A DNA stretch of 64,000 bases, from contig CM082585.2 in the NCBI GenBank assembly GCA_040954595.2, forward strand, positions 3,998,902-4,062,901. Direction: 5' to 3'. The translations under genes were made by a program, and so were the position numbers. Below the pieces are notes generated by a model. That model was given only the letters and a program-made list of their open reading frames with translations. It searched no databases and was not told where the DNA came from. Shown in pieces: positions 13,815-27,809 of this stretch. The number at the start of each line of letters is the position of its first letter. The first letter of the stretch is position 1. The stretch is from Balanoglossus misakiensis (lineage: Eukaryota; Animalia; Hemichordata).

Positions 13815-15758
13815 TTAAATTACTCCAGATATGAAATTTGACCTTGTTGTTTTATTTGGAACGGGGTTCTTCAACCAGCACTCGCCCGTGCGTTTGACGA
13901 ACGTCCAGGCACGACACTGACTGTTGCGCTGGCAGTCACGACAACACTGGTCAGCATTTTCTTTCCGATTACGCCACCCATTGTTTATATCACTTCCAAA
14001 TCTGTCATATCCATCCTCCTTCTTGCAATCGCCAGAGTCTAAAATGACAATCCACGTTAATAATACAAGTTTATTCCAGAAAATTGCATAAAGTTCTAAT
14101 TCTGACGACGATATCGCAAAATTCGATTCGACCAATCTGAATTAAGTTGATATAAGGTGTATAGCTGATGTTCGACATGGAACTTTTTAGAAAAATAAAC
14201 TTAAGGTTTGTAATATTCCTCGTAATTTTCGCGTCACTTCAATTCATCGATATCATATGACGTCAGACGCGCTCGTGCGGCAGTTACATTGGCATTCAAA
14301 TTTCCAGATGACGGGCAACTTCAACAACGTGGTCCAGACAAAGACTGTGCAGACGATACGCCATGAGGCTGACGAGGCATCATACCTGATACGTGTTACG
14401 TGTCAGGCGGTTCTAACGTAAAAACATACTCGGAAAAAAAACTTTTACTGGATGCCGAAATATTGCTTGCCCGTCACCTGGAAATGACAACGCCGTGGGT
14501 CACATGGCCAGATCACGTGATTGATAGTAAAGAATACACCAAGGCTAAGTCAGTGGAAACGAATTAATTTTCTAATTAATAGGAAATTTACCTCGCCTTG
14601 TAACTATTCCAGACACAGCATCTGACATTTGTGATTTGTTGGGAACTGAATACTTTAACCAACACGCGCCACTTTCGTTGATGTAAGTCCACGAGCGGCA
14701 GTTACAGTGTCTTTTGCAATCATCACAACACTCGTCGGCGTTATTTTTACGATTCAAGTTGCCGTTGTTTATATCACTTTCAGGTCTGTCGTAACCATCT
14801 TCCTTATCGCAACCTACTAAGCAGATGAAGTACACTGTAATGAATAATACTAACAAGCCTTATGCATGATACTGTGTTAATCGCTGAGGCGTATTTCAAA
14901 AGCCTAGGATTAACACAGAATTGTCCAGGTGTGGCCAAAGACAGTGACCCCCTTCACACTTTGTTACTGAGAAAAATGAGGAAAACATTTTCGACATTTT
15001 ACCGTAGGACAAACAATTGAATCAAAAACTTTGACATTCATATTATATGTTGATAAGACCGATACGGACATGCATTTATTTAATTAAAATGAGAAATTTG
15101 AAGTAACATAATAAAAATCAATCCATCATATATGCATGGATCGAAAAGACCTTTTGTACACGCGTTGAACTTGCATGTACACAACGACATTTCGCGAAAG
15201 GCTTACTCCAAGATGTCACAAGGCTGAGTAAAACAGGCTAATCGAATGTCACGAGGTGAAATTTTACAGTGTCCTTTCAACGCGTGGTGCAGACCAGAGT
15301 GGAATTAATCTTCCCAAAGACAATAAATTTGGCCATAATAAGTTAGTCAAATATTTTCTTAACAAAGGGAGTTTAACAGTGATCCAATGCAATTGAATTT
15401 TAAGGGAAGCATAACACTTTGTCGTAAACGGGAATCATGACCATCGATATAAGAGACTCTCTCCCCAAATGTTGAAGTACTCATCACAATTATGAAGGAT
15501 TTTCTCAAGTGACCTCATAAAAGATTAAATGAATGAAAGAGATGTTCACACTCATGTTAATTTAGCCTGGTCAGGGCATACGAGAATATTTAGTCCAACA
15601 TACATATAAATGGAAACTACAAGCATTCTGCAGACTGAATACTTCTGTAGAAGCAACCATTGGCACGTTTTCTTCAATCATAAACTTGTATTCTTACCTG
15701 CTTCAAATCTGCGTCCACAGTAAAGCAACAACAGAGAAATAAGCAATCGTTGAAACAT
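13815..15758 (-). CDS. Small secreted protein with two PAN/apple domains (~168 aa); exons 15698-15758, 14592-14813, 13815-14038
   Basis: Signal exon MFQRLLISLLLLYCGRRFEA with phase-1 GTAAG donor; two phase-1 exons each with C.KEDGYDR..SDINNG...NAD.CC.DC....CR.WT......CWLK..VPNK......SG. Confidence 0.85.
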
Positions 15759-18134
15759 ATCGGCGTTTTGTAATGTTCACAGCGTGAAAGACAATTTCAC
15801 TGTGTAGCAAACGGAGTTGTAACATACTAGTACATCATTGTGTTGCTATAGTAACTTCCACGTGCATGTTTTAATATTTGTCATCTGGTCGTAAGCATAA
15901 TGATACAGTATATATTTGCATAATGTAAGTACACGCATCATCTAGTATGTTGCTTTATCATACATTTAACTCATGTTTTTGCAACAGCTGTGCTATTTTT
16001 CGGCAAAGAAGATACCCGCCGATATTTACTAGTGAAAATACTGAAACAGACTTCCAATGTGTGCCCGGAACTACATTGTACTACGTGAGAACTTTCTCAA
16101 TAATCACACAGAGAGTGTTGTGATGAACTGATTAAAAACAACGCTACATAATATTGAACTCGGATGCACGTTTGTTGGGAGGTAGATATGTGATTTCTAA
16201 GGCCATGTTATTTAAAAAAATGCAGAACTCGATCTCAAAATCACACTGTGGTCACATCCTATAACAGTGTGTACTATGTGTAGCCAATGCGTTGTAAGCT
16301 TTGAAGTACTTTCAGTTCTCTGTCGCTGATTTATTTCTGATCGCTGAGTCCTAAACTCCACAGACTGCAGACTGTTGTCTTATAATTTAATGTTCAAGCC
16401 AATTTCTGTAAAAAAAACACGACTCAAAACTGCCTAAAAAGTTGATATATTTTAGCCAAATTCCTCTGGTTTCTGAAACAATTCACTACAGCACAAAGAC
16501 GTGAACTTGGGGTGAATGTCTATCCTCTGCCAGAGACGTACGTACTGGACACAAGACTCTTGTGGAGAGTATAGAGTTGTAATGAGCAGTTATTAGATTT
16601 TATAATTTCGTTTTCAATGCTTATGGTGTATCGAATGAAACATTTCTACTTCGTCGGAATTTCTCAGTGCGTATAGTAATTGTATACAGCATATTATGAA
16701 AGGGGCGTAAAAGTTTAATTATTCTACCGCCTACGTTGATCACCTGATCGCTCTGTCACCAACTTTGCTACGGGTTACTGCCGCAACCACGTGCACTAGG
16801 TTATTTTTTATCGTTCACCTCGAGGAATTTCTGCATAGCTGACTGTTTCCGACATGCATTATGCAAACTCCTTTTTACAGAATATTTGTATTTTAATCAT
16901 GTTTTTGTGTTTATTGCAGTTTCCTATTTTCTTTCATGCGTCAATGTCTTGTCAGTACATTTTGTTGTTTGATTGTTGTTATTCAGCTGTGTTTTTCTCA
17001 TTTTTTTATTTTATTTTGTACAGTCATTTCAAACGAACCTGTTACTGTGCAACCTGTTGGTTCGTGAATAAATAAATAAAACGGGGATACTGTTGTATTG
17101 TTGCCATATTTTGACGAGTTGCGCAACCCCTAAGGATATCTTTAAGAAAGAAACAATATTTCATTGTTTGTCGGAGTGCGTCACTGGGACGCACCGGACC
17201 ACCGCACATATGTTATAAATACAAGCTCGAATAGCTACGTCCAATATTGCCAACTGGTTCCTTGGTCAGGTGTGAAAGACAGGTTCTCATTACAATGCAT
17301 TACTGAAAACGCGACTGCAGTACATATAAGTCGATAACATTCATGCATTCATAAACAATAATTTATTCATAATTCATTAAAATTCATGAGAGTGGCTTAT
17401 AAAGAACACATTTAAAAGATATAAATATATAAATATTAACATATACTAGTTTATACTAGATGTAGAATGAAAGTTTCAACTAAAAATAAGTAAAACTCGA
17501 ACATAATTCCGTGAAAGTACACATTTCATCTCAATTGATGACAAGGTATCGGACTCAAATAAAGAGTGCAGACACAATCCTGGCTTTAACATTAGATATC
17601 TTATTATTCTCGTCATAGTAATAAAGAGGGGCCGATCATTTCGAGTTAGTACCAACATCATCTCCACGAAAATTCTTCGATATCAAATGACGTTAGACGC
17701 GTTCAGGCGCAGTTACGTTGACATTCACAATTTCAAGCTGACGGGCAAGTGGTCATAAATATAACACTACGACGTTTTTCCTGTGCAGTGTGATACATTA
17801 AATAGCGTTCCTTATGAAAAGCAAAATCACCTTCATCAGCATGTCTTGCCATTAGCTGCGTCACAGTCGTCCTGGAAAGACTGTGGCTGTACTTCTTGTC
17901 TGCATCGGCTAAATATAATACGCCCTCGTGCGGTGGACCGATCATTGGCTTCTGTGACCTATGTCCTGCTATTTAGAACACAATACACCTATATTAGTAT
18001 TCAATGGCCGAGAACAAACATGCATGTATGGCATAAAAGTCAACATATTATGATCGGCCCACCATATGAAGGCGTATTATTGATATGTGACGTATGTCAG
18101 GACATAGACTCTCTCACAGCCCACGGTTCGCTAC

Positions 18135-18218
18135 TAGTCTATTCCCCTGCCCCAATCCCACCGCTGGCTGCGCTACGCTAGGCAGCCAGCGGTGGGATCG
18201 GGGCAGGGGGCCAGACTA
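18135..18218. mobile_element. 84-bp hairpin MITE, TAGTCT...AGACTA termini, 10-bp TSD (AcademH-like)
   Basis: GGTTCGCTAC at 18125-18134 and 18219-18228; the element is almost entirely palindromic. Confidence 0.85.
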
Positions 18219-20910
18219 GGTTCGCTACAAGGCTCATCTATTCTAAACTAGATCATACTAAGAAATTAAGACAAAACACAATAAATGCGGTAGCATGCGG
18301 TGGTTGTACATGAGTACTGTCTACCCCAACCATATCCACCACTTTTATTCGTGATCCCCCCCCTACAGAAGCTACAGAAGCATTGTTACATACAAATGAT
18401 CTACAATTGAATTATAAGTTACAAGTACAGCATCCATGAAAAATTCAATAATTAATACGCTTACTTTGGGACATTAGATTAACATTCGACATCAAACGTT
18501 ATTATTACAAAAATAGCGCCAAGGACACTTGTTGCTCTCAGTGTGTAGTCACTAGTGGATGATGAGCAGCATGTTTGGAGAAAAGTGGTTTGGTATATGG
18601 GTGAAATGGACAATTTGCAAACACCAATGTGAAATTCTGAACTGTTTTGCTCATGTAATATTGAATGCAGCTTGATAAGGTGGGTGCTTGGCAGGAGGAA
18701 AAACCACTTGTCAAGGGCTCTAATAACTGTTTTAAATTTAGTCTTAAAAATGGTCCGCACACACAAATGGCCACGTTTGTACCTTATGTTATACTGATGG
18801 AATTCATTGTGTATTGTTATATCAAATTGCACCAGTACAAGCTATGTGAAATGTGTTTAAAAAAACAGTACAAGTAGAAGTACTAGTCCAAAAGTGAAAA
18901 AAAAAAATACATTAAAAAAAATATCGGAGAAAATTCAAGATCAGCTGAAGTGTTTTGATAAAAAGTTCTCCATTTTCAAGTATATAATGTCATGTGCTGA
19001 CTATAGTAGTGTAGGTATTAGCAAAAAATACATGAATTGTTCAAACAGAAAGTTCAATCATTTAGTTTCCCCAGTTGATGGGAGTATAGCAGTTGTGAAC
19101 ATAGTATATGAAATAAATTAAAATAGTCATTGCTATCTGGTCAATCATTTTCGGTAGAAGTGACCTGATTTCACATCAATAGTTTACCACCCGTCATTTC
19201 AATCTAATTTCATGTAGTACAAATCTCCTATACAACATAATGACATTTCTAGAACCTATTTTTGCTGGTTGGGCCCACAGACTAACACTAGTGGTTTTGA
19301 AAAGAAACTTCGATAACAACCTGTACACTTGACGCGTTTAAGTCAAGGCAAAGCACCATGGGAGGTCCAACATGGGTACGAGAACATAAGTCGATTGCGC
19401 ACAGAAAGCTACACGCGTGACACTGCTGGGTCGACCATGTTTTGCTGACTAAGAACTGGTTACACCGGAAGTGACGTCGTGACACTCACCACCTTGACCT
19501 AACCCATTCAAAATATGCAAATTAAGAAAAGACGCATATATATGCATTCTTTGAGTCACCAGAGACACACACAGGAAATCAAGCGAGTGCGGCCACTAGC
19601 TGGAAGAGCTGAATTGAATGCATTGCCTTGCGATGTTCATGATACAGGGGGTGATGATCAATGAACAGAACAGCGGTCCACTTTCACGCTTTGTTGTTCA
19701 CTGATCAAGGCAAGTTGATCAAGGCAAAACAAACGACTATGTTAGATAGCAGTGCTTCGCAAGTTTGGCTAATTTGTATGAAAATCGTCTCGCCAAACAC
19801 AAGCATTTGCGATTTGGCGAGCGAGTAGCGAAAACACTGCTGGCTAATCCGTTCCGATTTCTGTCACTGTTTCAATTCGTCCTCAACACCTCAAAGCTAC
19901 ACACCACCGCCAAAAACATAAAGCTACACACCCCTACCAGAAAATGGTATGCATTCTTGACAGATTGACGGACGGAAGTTGACACTGATGCCCCATTCGA
20001 AAGACTCCTCCGTGTAAACACTTCGGAGCCAAAAATTGCTGTTGTAGCCATCGTGGAGTGACAACCGAGACTGACAGACAAAGGATTTCTCACTCTATAT
20101 ATACGTACGAACACCTGTGACGAACACCAATCAACGGAATTCACTTACGTAACGAATAGATAGTAATTATATGCTAATCTTCGAAACGCATATAATTATC
20201 CATTTACACATATTGCGAACGGATGCGCCCTCAACCTTTCAGGAGATGTACCACACTCGGCCATTGAGGGCACACGTGCAATTAGACGTCAATTCTGCGT
20301 AGGCGGCGAGAGGGGCTGTGAGAGATTCCAGTGAAGACTCACCGTCTAATGAACTTGCAACGAGGGAAAACTAGAAAGGAACCATTAATGATGACTATCA
20401 TGAATTATATTATAGCTTTATCAATACCAGTACATTATTATTGATAATGTATCCTGTTATTCGATGGACGCGCGACGCACCCAAGAACCAGTGGACGTGT
20501 ACAATTTCAGACAATGCGAACATTTAGAGGGCTAAAAAAAGAAATGCAAACGTACACAGAATAAATACGGCGATATTTATTAATTTCCAAATCTGTCCTC
20601 GACTGGCGTTTTGTTTATTTTGTCTTCCTACGGCTGCAGTACATGTCGTCTGCTCTTGAATCACGCGCAGTCAACATGGCTCGCTCACGCACGTAAAGCA
20701 AACCTCTCCATGATGCTGGATTTGACATTCGTTCACCATACATACCGTGTACCATGTACCAAGCAGTCATGTCAACTAAGCTATACGTAAAAAAAAATTA
20801 TGCCGCAAGTGTCACTGTCATGTTGTCTACGCGGTACGAAGGGTCGATCGAGGGCGAGTTTGTTTATGTATTGCAACCTTCCGAGCGCCCGTATACGTGA
20901 ACTTTCCTGA

Positions 20911-22043
20911 TAGTCCGGCCGCCAAATCCACTTTTTTTGCCGAACCTTGTTTTGGCGTCTAAAGTTTTTTTTAAAGCGGATTCTGCTTGCATAGATCACC
21001 AGAGTGAAAGAAATGGTTACTGGAGCTCCGTCAGTGTTGAGCAATTTGAGATAATTAGCATAAAAAAATGGCCGCCAAATGATTTCAAATTATCAATATA
21101 TAGGCCGGCTGCCAAATCCGCTGTTTGTGACGAACCCTGTATTAGTGTCATCAGAGATTTTAAAGCGGATTCTGCTTGCATAGATCACCAGAGTGAAAGA
21201 AATGGTTACTGGAGCTCCGTCAGTGTTGAGCAATTTGAGATAATTAGCATAAAAAAATGGCCGCCGAATGATTTCAAATTATCAATATATAGGCCGGCTG
21301 CCAAGTCCGCTTTTTGTGACGAACCTTGTATTAGTGTCATCAGAGTTTTTAAAGCGGATTCTGCTTGCATAGATCACCAGAGTGAAAGAAATGGTTACTG
21401 GAGCTCCGTCAGTGTTGAGCAATTTGAGATAATTAGCATAAAAAAATGGCCGCCGAATGATTTCAAATTATCAATATATAGGCCGGCTGCCAAGTCCGCT
21501 TTTTGTGACGAACCTTGTATTAGTGTCATCAGAGTTTTTAAAGCGGATTCTGCTTGCATAGATCACCAGAGGGAAAGAAATGGTTACTGGAGCTCCGTCA
21601 GTGTTGAGCAATTTGAGATAATTAGCATAAAAAAATGGCCGCCGAATGATTTCAAATTATCAATATATAGGCCGGCTGCCAAGTCCGCTTTTTGTGACGA
21701 ACCTTGTATTAGTGTCATCAGAGTTTTTAAAGCGGATTCTGCTTGCATAGATCACCAGAGTGAAAGAAATGGTTACTGGAGCTCCGTCAGTGTTGAGCAA
21801 TTTGAGATAATTAGCATAAAAAAATGGCCGCCGAATGATTTCAAATTATCAATATATAGGCCGGCTGCCAAGTCCGCTTTTTGTGACGAACCTTGTATTA
21901 GTGTCATCAGAGTTTTTAAAGCGGGTTCTGCTTGCATAGATCACAAGAGTGAAAGAAATGGTTACAGGAGCTCCGTCAGTGTTGAGCAATTTGAGATAAT
22001 TAGCATAAAAAATGGCCGCCAAATGATTTCAATTATCAATGTA
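20911..22043 (+). repeat. Tandem array of six ~189 bp units
   Basis: Units start at 20911, 21101, 21290, 21479, 21668, 21857; the inner units are nearly identical. Confidence 0.95.
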
Positions 22044-22659
22044 AGAGATATAGAAATCACCTTTATAGTGCGAAAACAGGTTAGTTGTCATAATTGAGTA
22101 TATTTAAATACTAATTTGCATAAGTTAACGCTCCATGACGTATATACAAGTATTGTAAACCCTAAACATGAGTTACATACACGTTTTAACCAGATGAATG
22201 TTAATCTTTGCCGCAAAGGAATATGGCCGTCACTGTAGTAAAATGAAAAATACAATGAAAACATTGCATTTCTCACTTTAGAACTTCATAAACAAAGCAT
22301 GATCTCATCCAGTAGAACACATGGAAGTAAATGTACTCCACTGAGACATTGGATTTTTATTTTTCATTGCACAAAACTTGCGGAAATGTTTCACTATACT
22401 GATATTCCTTTCATTTTTGGCCATTTTATCATAAATTCATAAATAAGTGTTTTCTTGATATACTATCAGGCAATATCATTTATTACACCTAATTAAAAGT
22501 ACAGTGTAGATCAGAGATTATTTAAAGCTTAACTGTTTTTTATAAGTTGAACTGTATAAACGCAGATTATAACGTATTCTCTAAACTACAATAAACTACA
22601 TTGAAATGTACATTAAAATGTACTAGACATTGTTCTGATCATATTTGTGTGTTTCCAAA

Positions 22660-23100
22660 TGAGTGTATGCAATCCTGAAAGACCCGTATACATATCCTTT
22701 ATCTGTATCTCGGATAAAGATACACCTATTAAAAATGTTCGAGCAGAATGTCTCATTAGTCAACATGAGTTTTTTCCGGGATTTTAAGATTTGTTTACAA
22801 GGGATGGACAAAATAAACATTGGCCAAATTTTAGACAAGGATATAATGAATAAAGTTAGCAACATTCTTATGATTCAGGACACACCTACAGCCTCCTATT
22901 CCTATATAAACACCATGGGAAGGAAACTGTCCCATTACAACAGAGACTAACATTACTGATGAAACAGGCTTTCTTTGGTGGCAGTCGTAGGCATGAGCAT
23001 ATTGTCATTAAACACAACTCAGGCTATATTTTTCAACAATGATGCCAAATGTAAATACACCGATGTTGAAATAATAAGAATGCTGAACTTCCTGTTACCT
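22660..23100 (+). mobile_element. Degraded Penelope-like retroelement fragment
   Basis: Peptides PTASYSYINTMGRKLSHYN and FFNN..KCKY...EIIRMLNFL resemble Penelope RT segments; recognition only. Confidence 0.4.
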
Positions 23101-25733
23101 TTCTATACATCCATATGGAGCCAAGTTTATGTAATCTCTACGAAATATGATGTAAAACTATTGCTTGTAAATGTTCCAGTAACACCTTAGATAAGTCGTC
23201 GATTTCATAATTGTGAACTATCCTACTATATGTGACCTACGGGTAGTCATAACCAGCTATAACCCTATAACCACTGAAATTAAATACAAACACTGGTCCC
23301 CAGATCGCATTTGTGATTCGCCTCGAAATAATGTACTGATCAGCTGAACGAGATCTTTCAACCTTCAAATCTCTGTTCACACTTTTATCCTGAAAACACT
23401 AGATAAAACTGTAAAGTCTTCCGATCTATCCCTTTGATGTGCGTTTTCGAAAAGAACTGGTGTGGAAGATGTTAAGCTTCTTATTTTAAATTCATTTATA
23501 GAAACAACTTGAGAAACCTGAAGGAATGCGCAAGAAGACCTTTATAAAAATCAAGTAGAAATTGTCCCGACTCACACATACCTTGGCTCCATTTTTGATA
23601 ATACATTAAAATGGGATGCCAACACGTATTTTGTAGTGAGAAAGAGCAGTGTTTGTATTTTTAAAGGAAATTGGCATCGTTTAGATAAGAAAGGGAAATT
23701 CATTCATTTAAAGCGTTCTAACATTTTCCTTCAGTTGACTGCTGCCTATCTGTCCTTAAAAGTAAAAAAATGCTGGAAAAGACAAGGCAGTTCCAAAATA
23801 ATCTGCACTCCTGTTAGAAATTAGCAATGTTTTTTTTATAATCAACAGGTATTTCGCAAAGCTTGCACAATCGATCCTTCAACATCCATGATTTATCACC
23901 ATAGTTTAACTTCCTCCTCGTTCATTTTTAAAGGTTTCAGCTTGCAGGTTGAACAGGCACAAACATTCAGCTTTTAAACGATATGAGTTGATTGATGTTC
24001 CATGTGTATCCTTGCCCTTTTTAAATGTTCGAAATGTTTTCACAATGTGTATGTATGTTTTTCAAGAGTCATTGTTTGCCAAGTTTTGTGATGAATAAAC
24101 AAAACTCCCGAGATGCGGTAAAGTTTGCAACTAATATGAGGAATTTAAAATTAGACACAGCTTATTACCTTTAAAACGAAATTGAGGCAGACATTCTCTG
24201 ACTTTCGCAGAATAATTTACGAAATTCAGTGGTATCTAAAGAGACTTTGTAATTCCAAATATGACTCATCAGTCACTCAAATGGCAAGTGACAGTATTTC
24301 TGGATTTGACTCACAATAATAGTTTGGCATTTTGGTAAATTACACTTTAGTTTGTTCCTTTTGGTCAATCTTGACTGGGGTAACATTCTCGCATGATACG
24401 TTGTCCAATTCGGGACACCTGGTACGGCCACTTCAAGTAGTTCAAGGCGATAAAATATAGCAACTGCCATTATCAATTATTTCTTGGAGCTGGTAATTTT
24501 ACCTCGTATGATAATGATTATTGGACTGGATATGACGGCATTATGTTGCCTTTGAGAAAGGGCGAAGGATTACCTGGCTGCTCATGATAAATGTGTGATA
24601 ATCAACATTAATTTTGCGAAAGAAGATTTATGTACTTGCAATTCTCCCGACTTTTTATAGATTTTTGCTACCCAGGTGAGTAATAAAAGTCTCATCTGGT
24701 CGACACAATTCCAAGATGGCCGAGTTTTTGCCATGTTTAAGAAATGGGAGTTCATAAGCTAAAGTGATATTCGGTCATTCCGATACTTTGTAACTAAAAA
24801 AATTTTTAAATGTAAAAAAAGTTGATTGACTTTAATATGTCAACTTCAAAGCAGAAATGTTTGACCAAAGGAAGTCATGAAATACATTAAACATATAATG
24901 TCTTCTATCTATTACTCTAGTGAATTGTCTACTTTTTACCCATAATGCAATTATTATGGGATTTTACCCTCTAGCACAAAGTGAAAAACTATTTAAGGTG
25001 GCCAGAATTATAAAACAGTGATAAGAAATGTTTTAAAATGACTGCACGTAGCAAAATACATATGTAAAAGTTATTCAACAAAAACAGACGTTCACAGATG
25101 GCCACCATCTTGAAATTATGCAAATTAGCTCATTATAAATGGCAACATTTATTTTCTAGTTTGTCTTAAGCGACAACTTGGTGAAATAAATGATAAAAAC
25201 AAAGCTACAGGGTGTATAACGTTCGTTTGACTCTTCTTTCTCAGCCAAAATGCAATACGTTGGCGGCCATTTTGATTATGCTAATTTATTCAAATTGCTC
25301 AATGCTGACAGAGCTCCAGTAACAATTTTTTTCACTTTGGTGATCTATACAAGCAGAATCCGCTTTAAAAAAAACTTTAGACGCCAAAACAAGGTTTACC
25401 CCTCTGGCGGCCGGACTATGAGAACGCAAACGAATTCAAATATTCCCCGAGTCCTCCCCAAGATTACACAAAAATCGAAACTTTTTCAGATATATTTCAG
25501 CAGAACCCTTAAATGAATTTTCACATGCGTTAATAAACCTTCATTATTTATTTCCTGATGTTTGAATATGATACTAGAAATGTACAGTACACTGATACAC
25601 CGCGATCAGGTGACCTTTTGTTTACGCGTACGCCATTGCTCTGTTCTCGATCTCCGTGTCCGAGTCTGAATTGTTCGCACCTATACTTTTTGAAGTCTGC
25701 AAATTCACTGGCATTGACAAAACTATAAAATAA

Positions 25734-25876
25734 TGAGAATAATGAACGCCCCAAAGACCCATAATGGACTCAAGCACACATTGTGCTCCATAACATACTC
25801 GGCTTCGCCTCGTATATTATGACGCACAATGTGTGCTTTCGTCCATTATGGGTCTTTGGGGCGTTCATTATTCTCT
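25734..25876. repeat. ~140 bp palindromic element centred on ACTCGGCTTCGCCTCGT
   Basis: GAGAATAATGAACGCCCCAAAGACCCATAATGGAC ... GTCCATTATGGGTCTTTGGGGCGTTCATTATTCTC. Confidence 0.8.
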
Positions 25877-26207
25877 AAATATATAATGTGCCTATTTTGT
25901 TATATTGCAATGCAAGGCCATAGACTCCTACTCAATACAGGAGTGACGTACATGTATACAACTAACGCCAAGGACGATTCAAAACTGATTGTGCAAATGC
26001 AGGAAGATAACGTTGGCAAATCCAGTATTTATAAGCCTCTACATTCGTCCAAAGAAACCCAAACTTTCACTGTTTTGATCATTATGGGTTGTATTGATTA
26101 CGCATTTGTCACATCCAATTATGGCAGTCAGCAATACTTAATTTAAAAAGCGGTAGTTGTATTTCTTCTTCAACAGTGTTTAATTCTATCTGTGAACGAT
26201 GGTATCT

Positions 26208-26550
26208 TATAGGGCAGGTTTGTCTTAACCGCCATCTTGGAAACAAGGTGCATTGTGGGATAGAATTGGAGGGTTTTGGAGGGATAACTATGCAATTATT
26301 GCAGCTCATGTGCCTTTTAAGACCCCTTGCTATATGTTGAATGCACAAACAATACATTAATGTACTGTATATCATGGCAAAAAATGTCCTAAAGTGGTTG
26401 GATGAGGGGGTCAGGCTTTACAATATCAGACAAGGGGGAATTGGAGGGTTTTGGAGGGATAATTATGCAATGATCCCTCCAAAACCCTCCAACTCTATCC
26501 CACAACGCACCTTGTTTCCAAGATGGCGGTTAAGACAAACCTGGCCTATA
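26208..26550. mobile_element. MITE with ~75 bp TIRs inserted in the dispersed repeat
   Basis: CAGGTTTGTCTTAACCGCCATCTTGGAAACAAGGTGC and its reverse complement; absent from the paralogous site at ~2940. Confidence 0.75.
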
Positions 26551-26811
26551 GGCGTGTCTTGGACAGAAAGAGTTCGTGTTGTTTGAACATGGAGATACAT
26601 ATGCTTGCATGTTGACTTCAAAATCTGTCCTTCAAAGGCGCATCCAGTTCTCCCCATCGTAGACTCTGGCATAGATTCATTACTTGCCCAATTGGGGGGG
26701 GGGGTGGCTATGCTGTACTAACTCTATTGTTGGGAATAGAGGTTGTTGGGTCCCCTGTCTCTTTATTCCCTCCCCTATTCCCGCCGCTGGGCTGCGCTGC
26801 TCAAAGAAAGG

Positions 26812-27056
26812 TAGTTTGGTCCCCTGCCCTAATCCCACCGCTGGCTGCGCTACACTAAAGGGAAAGGGGTCCAGTCGGGTCCGATCTTGGCCAAAAACCT
26901 GCCCAGCATATTATACTGAAACAAAGACCACGTGATCATAAACAAGATGTCCAATGTCTGTACGCCAATGAGAGCCATGTTTACAAACGGCCGTGTCTGA
27001 CCCTTTCTTTTAGCGCAGCGCAGCCAGCGGTGGGAATGGGGCAGGGGACCAGACTA
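26812..27056. mobile_element. MITE of the same family as 18135-18218
   Basis: TAGTTTGGTCCCCTGCCCTAATCCCACCGCTGGCTGCGCT ... AGCGCAGCCAGCGGTGGGAATGGGGCAGGGGACCAGACTA; TSD degenerate. Confidence 0.75.
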
Positions 27057-27809
27057 AAACAAGGAGTCACTGAGGTATGGACTGGAATCCCGACCAAATT
27101 GGCGGACTGTCACATGATAACAATGCCGATTATTAAACAAGCACTATGTTGAAAAACCTAACATACACTGTACACACCGTCCTTTAAAAACACAATAGCT
27201 GACACTTTCCGCATATTTTAACGATAAAATACTTATATTTTCTCTTTATCCTTAGCCAACAGACGTGGTATGTGTTCACCATGATAGTTGCGTACACCAT
27301 TTTCTTCCTCACAATTAAACGTTTCTAAAGCCATCAACTTCAGAGGCCAATTAAAGGAACATTCATAAAAATAATTTGGCAGCTCATGAAGCTGTACATG
27401 TAGGCCTATGTCTAATTCATTTCGCCATAAATTCATTTACGTTTCGTGTTTAGGAAAATAAGGCATGATCTCATTCCCGCCCCTGATGTAGATATTTCAA
27501 TTAGAAGAAATGTTCAAATTTAACGAAATAATATTATTCGACAAAATATTAGTTTAAGTTGCATCACAACTATTGTCACGTTCGCCCGTACATCGGTGGT
27601 ACGGTGACGCGGAGTTTAAATCGAAAGTACTAGATGCTCGCTGCCATGACCTATATGTGCGGATCACGTGACCCCGCTTTTCTACGAAGCCGGGTGACTC
27701 ATTATTTCACTGGTGCCCTGGTTGGGAGTGAGTGCTGTTTTTCTTCCTACACCGACTGAAAGACACTTTAGCGTTCTAATCTCAAGAATCAACCCAGTAC
27801 GTCACAAAA

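Larger units (their letters stand above)
20911..25418. mobile_element. 4.5 kb non-autonomous TIR element, TAGTCCGGCCGCC...GGCGGCCGGACTA, 3-bp TSD TGA (Academ-like)
   Basis: ~160 bp inverted repeat (20911-21078 vs ~25260-25418); TGA on both flanks. Confidence 0.7.

Noticed and set aside
20937-22097. 386 aa ORF with 63-aa repeats; CRISPR-like appearance
   Set aside because: Translation of a 189-bp tandem repeat of a transposon terminus; there are no unique spacers and no cas genes
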